From: Desulfocapsa sp.
GTDB taxonomy: Bacteria > Desulfobacterota > Desulfobulbia > Desulfobulbales > Desulfocapsaceae
Assembly (NCBI GenBank): GCA_030145625.1
Contig: JAQYVF010000007.1
Location: forward strand, 22,607 to 86,606
Direction of reading: 5' to 3'
Length of the DNA: 64,000 nucleotides
The notes under the pieces: generated by a model
Databases searched by the model: none
The model's input: only the letters and a program-made list of their open reading frames with translations
What the model was told of the DNA's origin: nothing
Shown here: positions 63,826 to 64,000 of the stretch, piece after piece
How the letters are laid out: the number at the start of each line of letters is the position of its first letter
Position numbering within the stretch: position 1 is the first letter of the stretch
Position numbers and translations under genes: made by a program

Positions 63826-64000
63826 ATGTCAAAACACTTCAAATTCACTCGAATGGAACTCGCGGGCTCGCTCGGAGATCTAGGTACGTTGCTTCCGCTG
63901 GCGGTTGGCATGATTATGATCAACAATCTTAATCCTGTTGGAATCTTTATTGGTGTGGGATTGTTTTATGTTTTCTCTGGTCTCTACTTTAAAGTGACCT
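63826..64000 (+). CDS. Putative sulfate/molybdate transporter (MOT1/SulP-like), N-terminal fragment running off the window
   Basis: My translation from ATG 63826 reads MSKHFKFTRMELAGSLGDLGTLLPLAVGMIMIN.... The ELxGxxGDLGTxLPL block is typical of MOT1-type transporters. Confidence 0.55.
   Translation, partial: MSKHFKFTRMELAGSLGDLGTLLPLAVGMIMINNLNPVGIFIGVGLFYVFSGLYFKVT

Noticed and set aside
1-64000. A search by eye for tRNA, rRNA, tmRNA, SRP RNA or RNase P RNA signatures, CRISPR repeat arrays, integrase or transposase genes and prophage modules.
   Set aside because: I found none. This is a limited visual scan, so covariance-model and tRNA-finder runs would be needed to exclude small RNAs.

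Overview
This is a 64-kb chromosomal window. I found no rRNA, tRNA or CRISPR array by eye. The gene content resembles a Desulfobacterota-type anaerobe, but that placement is inference only.

Most of the window is housekeeping or core metabolism:
- A minus-strand glycerate-kinase / TRAP-transporter / MBL-hydrolase operon with its GntR regulator (1-6.1 kb).
- uvrB, a cbiA/dsrN-like amidotransferase, a ferredoxin, alr-argS and secA.
- Two tandem ppk2 genes plus cls, then argJ.
- A CYTH-like/CHAD protein translationally coupled to a ParA-like ATPase.
- A complete apbE-nqrABCDEF-nqrM Na+-NQR locus (35.9-43.1 kb).
- avtA, a 21-repeat MORN protein, and M20 amidohydrolase-ybdK-ggt.
- A feoA/feoB plus CDF metal-transport region (58.8-63.5 kb).

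The least ordinary stretch is 51.2-58.8 kb:
- It holds a Zra-like sigma54 locus with three sigma54-type promoters and GGGTA-N5-TACCC palindromes upstream of two of them.
- The first promoter drives a promoter-plus-terminator unit with no ORF, which is a candidate sigma54-dependent sRNA with a CU-rich anti-Shine-Dalgarno stretch.
- Three signal-peptide proteins in the locus have Gly/Asn-rich low-complexity regions and share a G-M-G-(D)-C motif. One of them is ZraP/Spy-like.
- The locus also encodes a DUF4405-like membrane protein, a histidine kinase and a sigma54 activator.
- Directly downstream lies a cobalamin-riboswitch-like leader. Its conserved core is split by a 177-bp palindromic MITE-like repeat, with a second copy in the secA 3' region. 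No recognisable cargo gene follows the riboswitch.

Other accessory-looking items are an AT-rich island with a Tat-signal papain-like peptidase (6.1-8.7 kb), an orphan ABC/SMC-type ATPase (34.2-35.5 kb), and a 33-nt motif shared by the gntR promoter and the operon promoter.

All functional calls come from reading the supplied translations and the DNA by eye. No database search was run.
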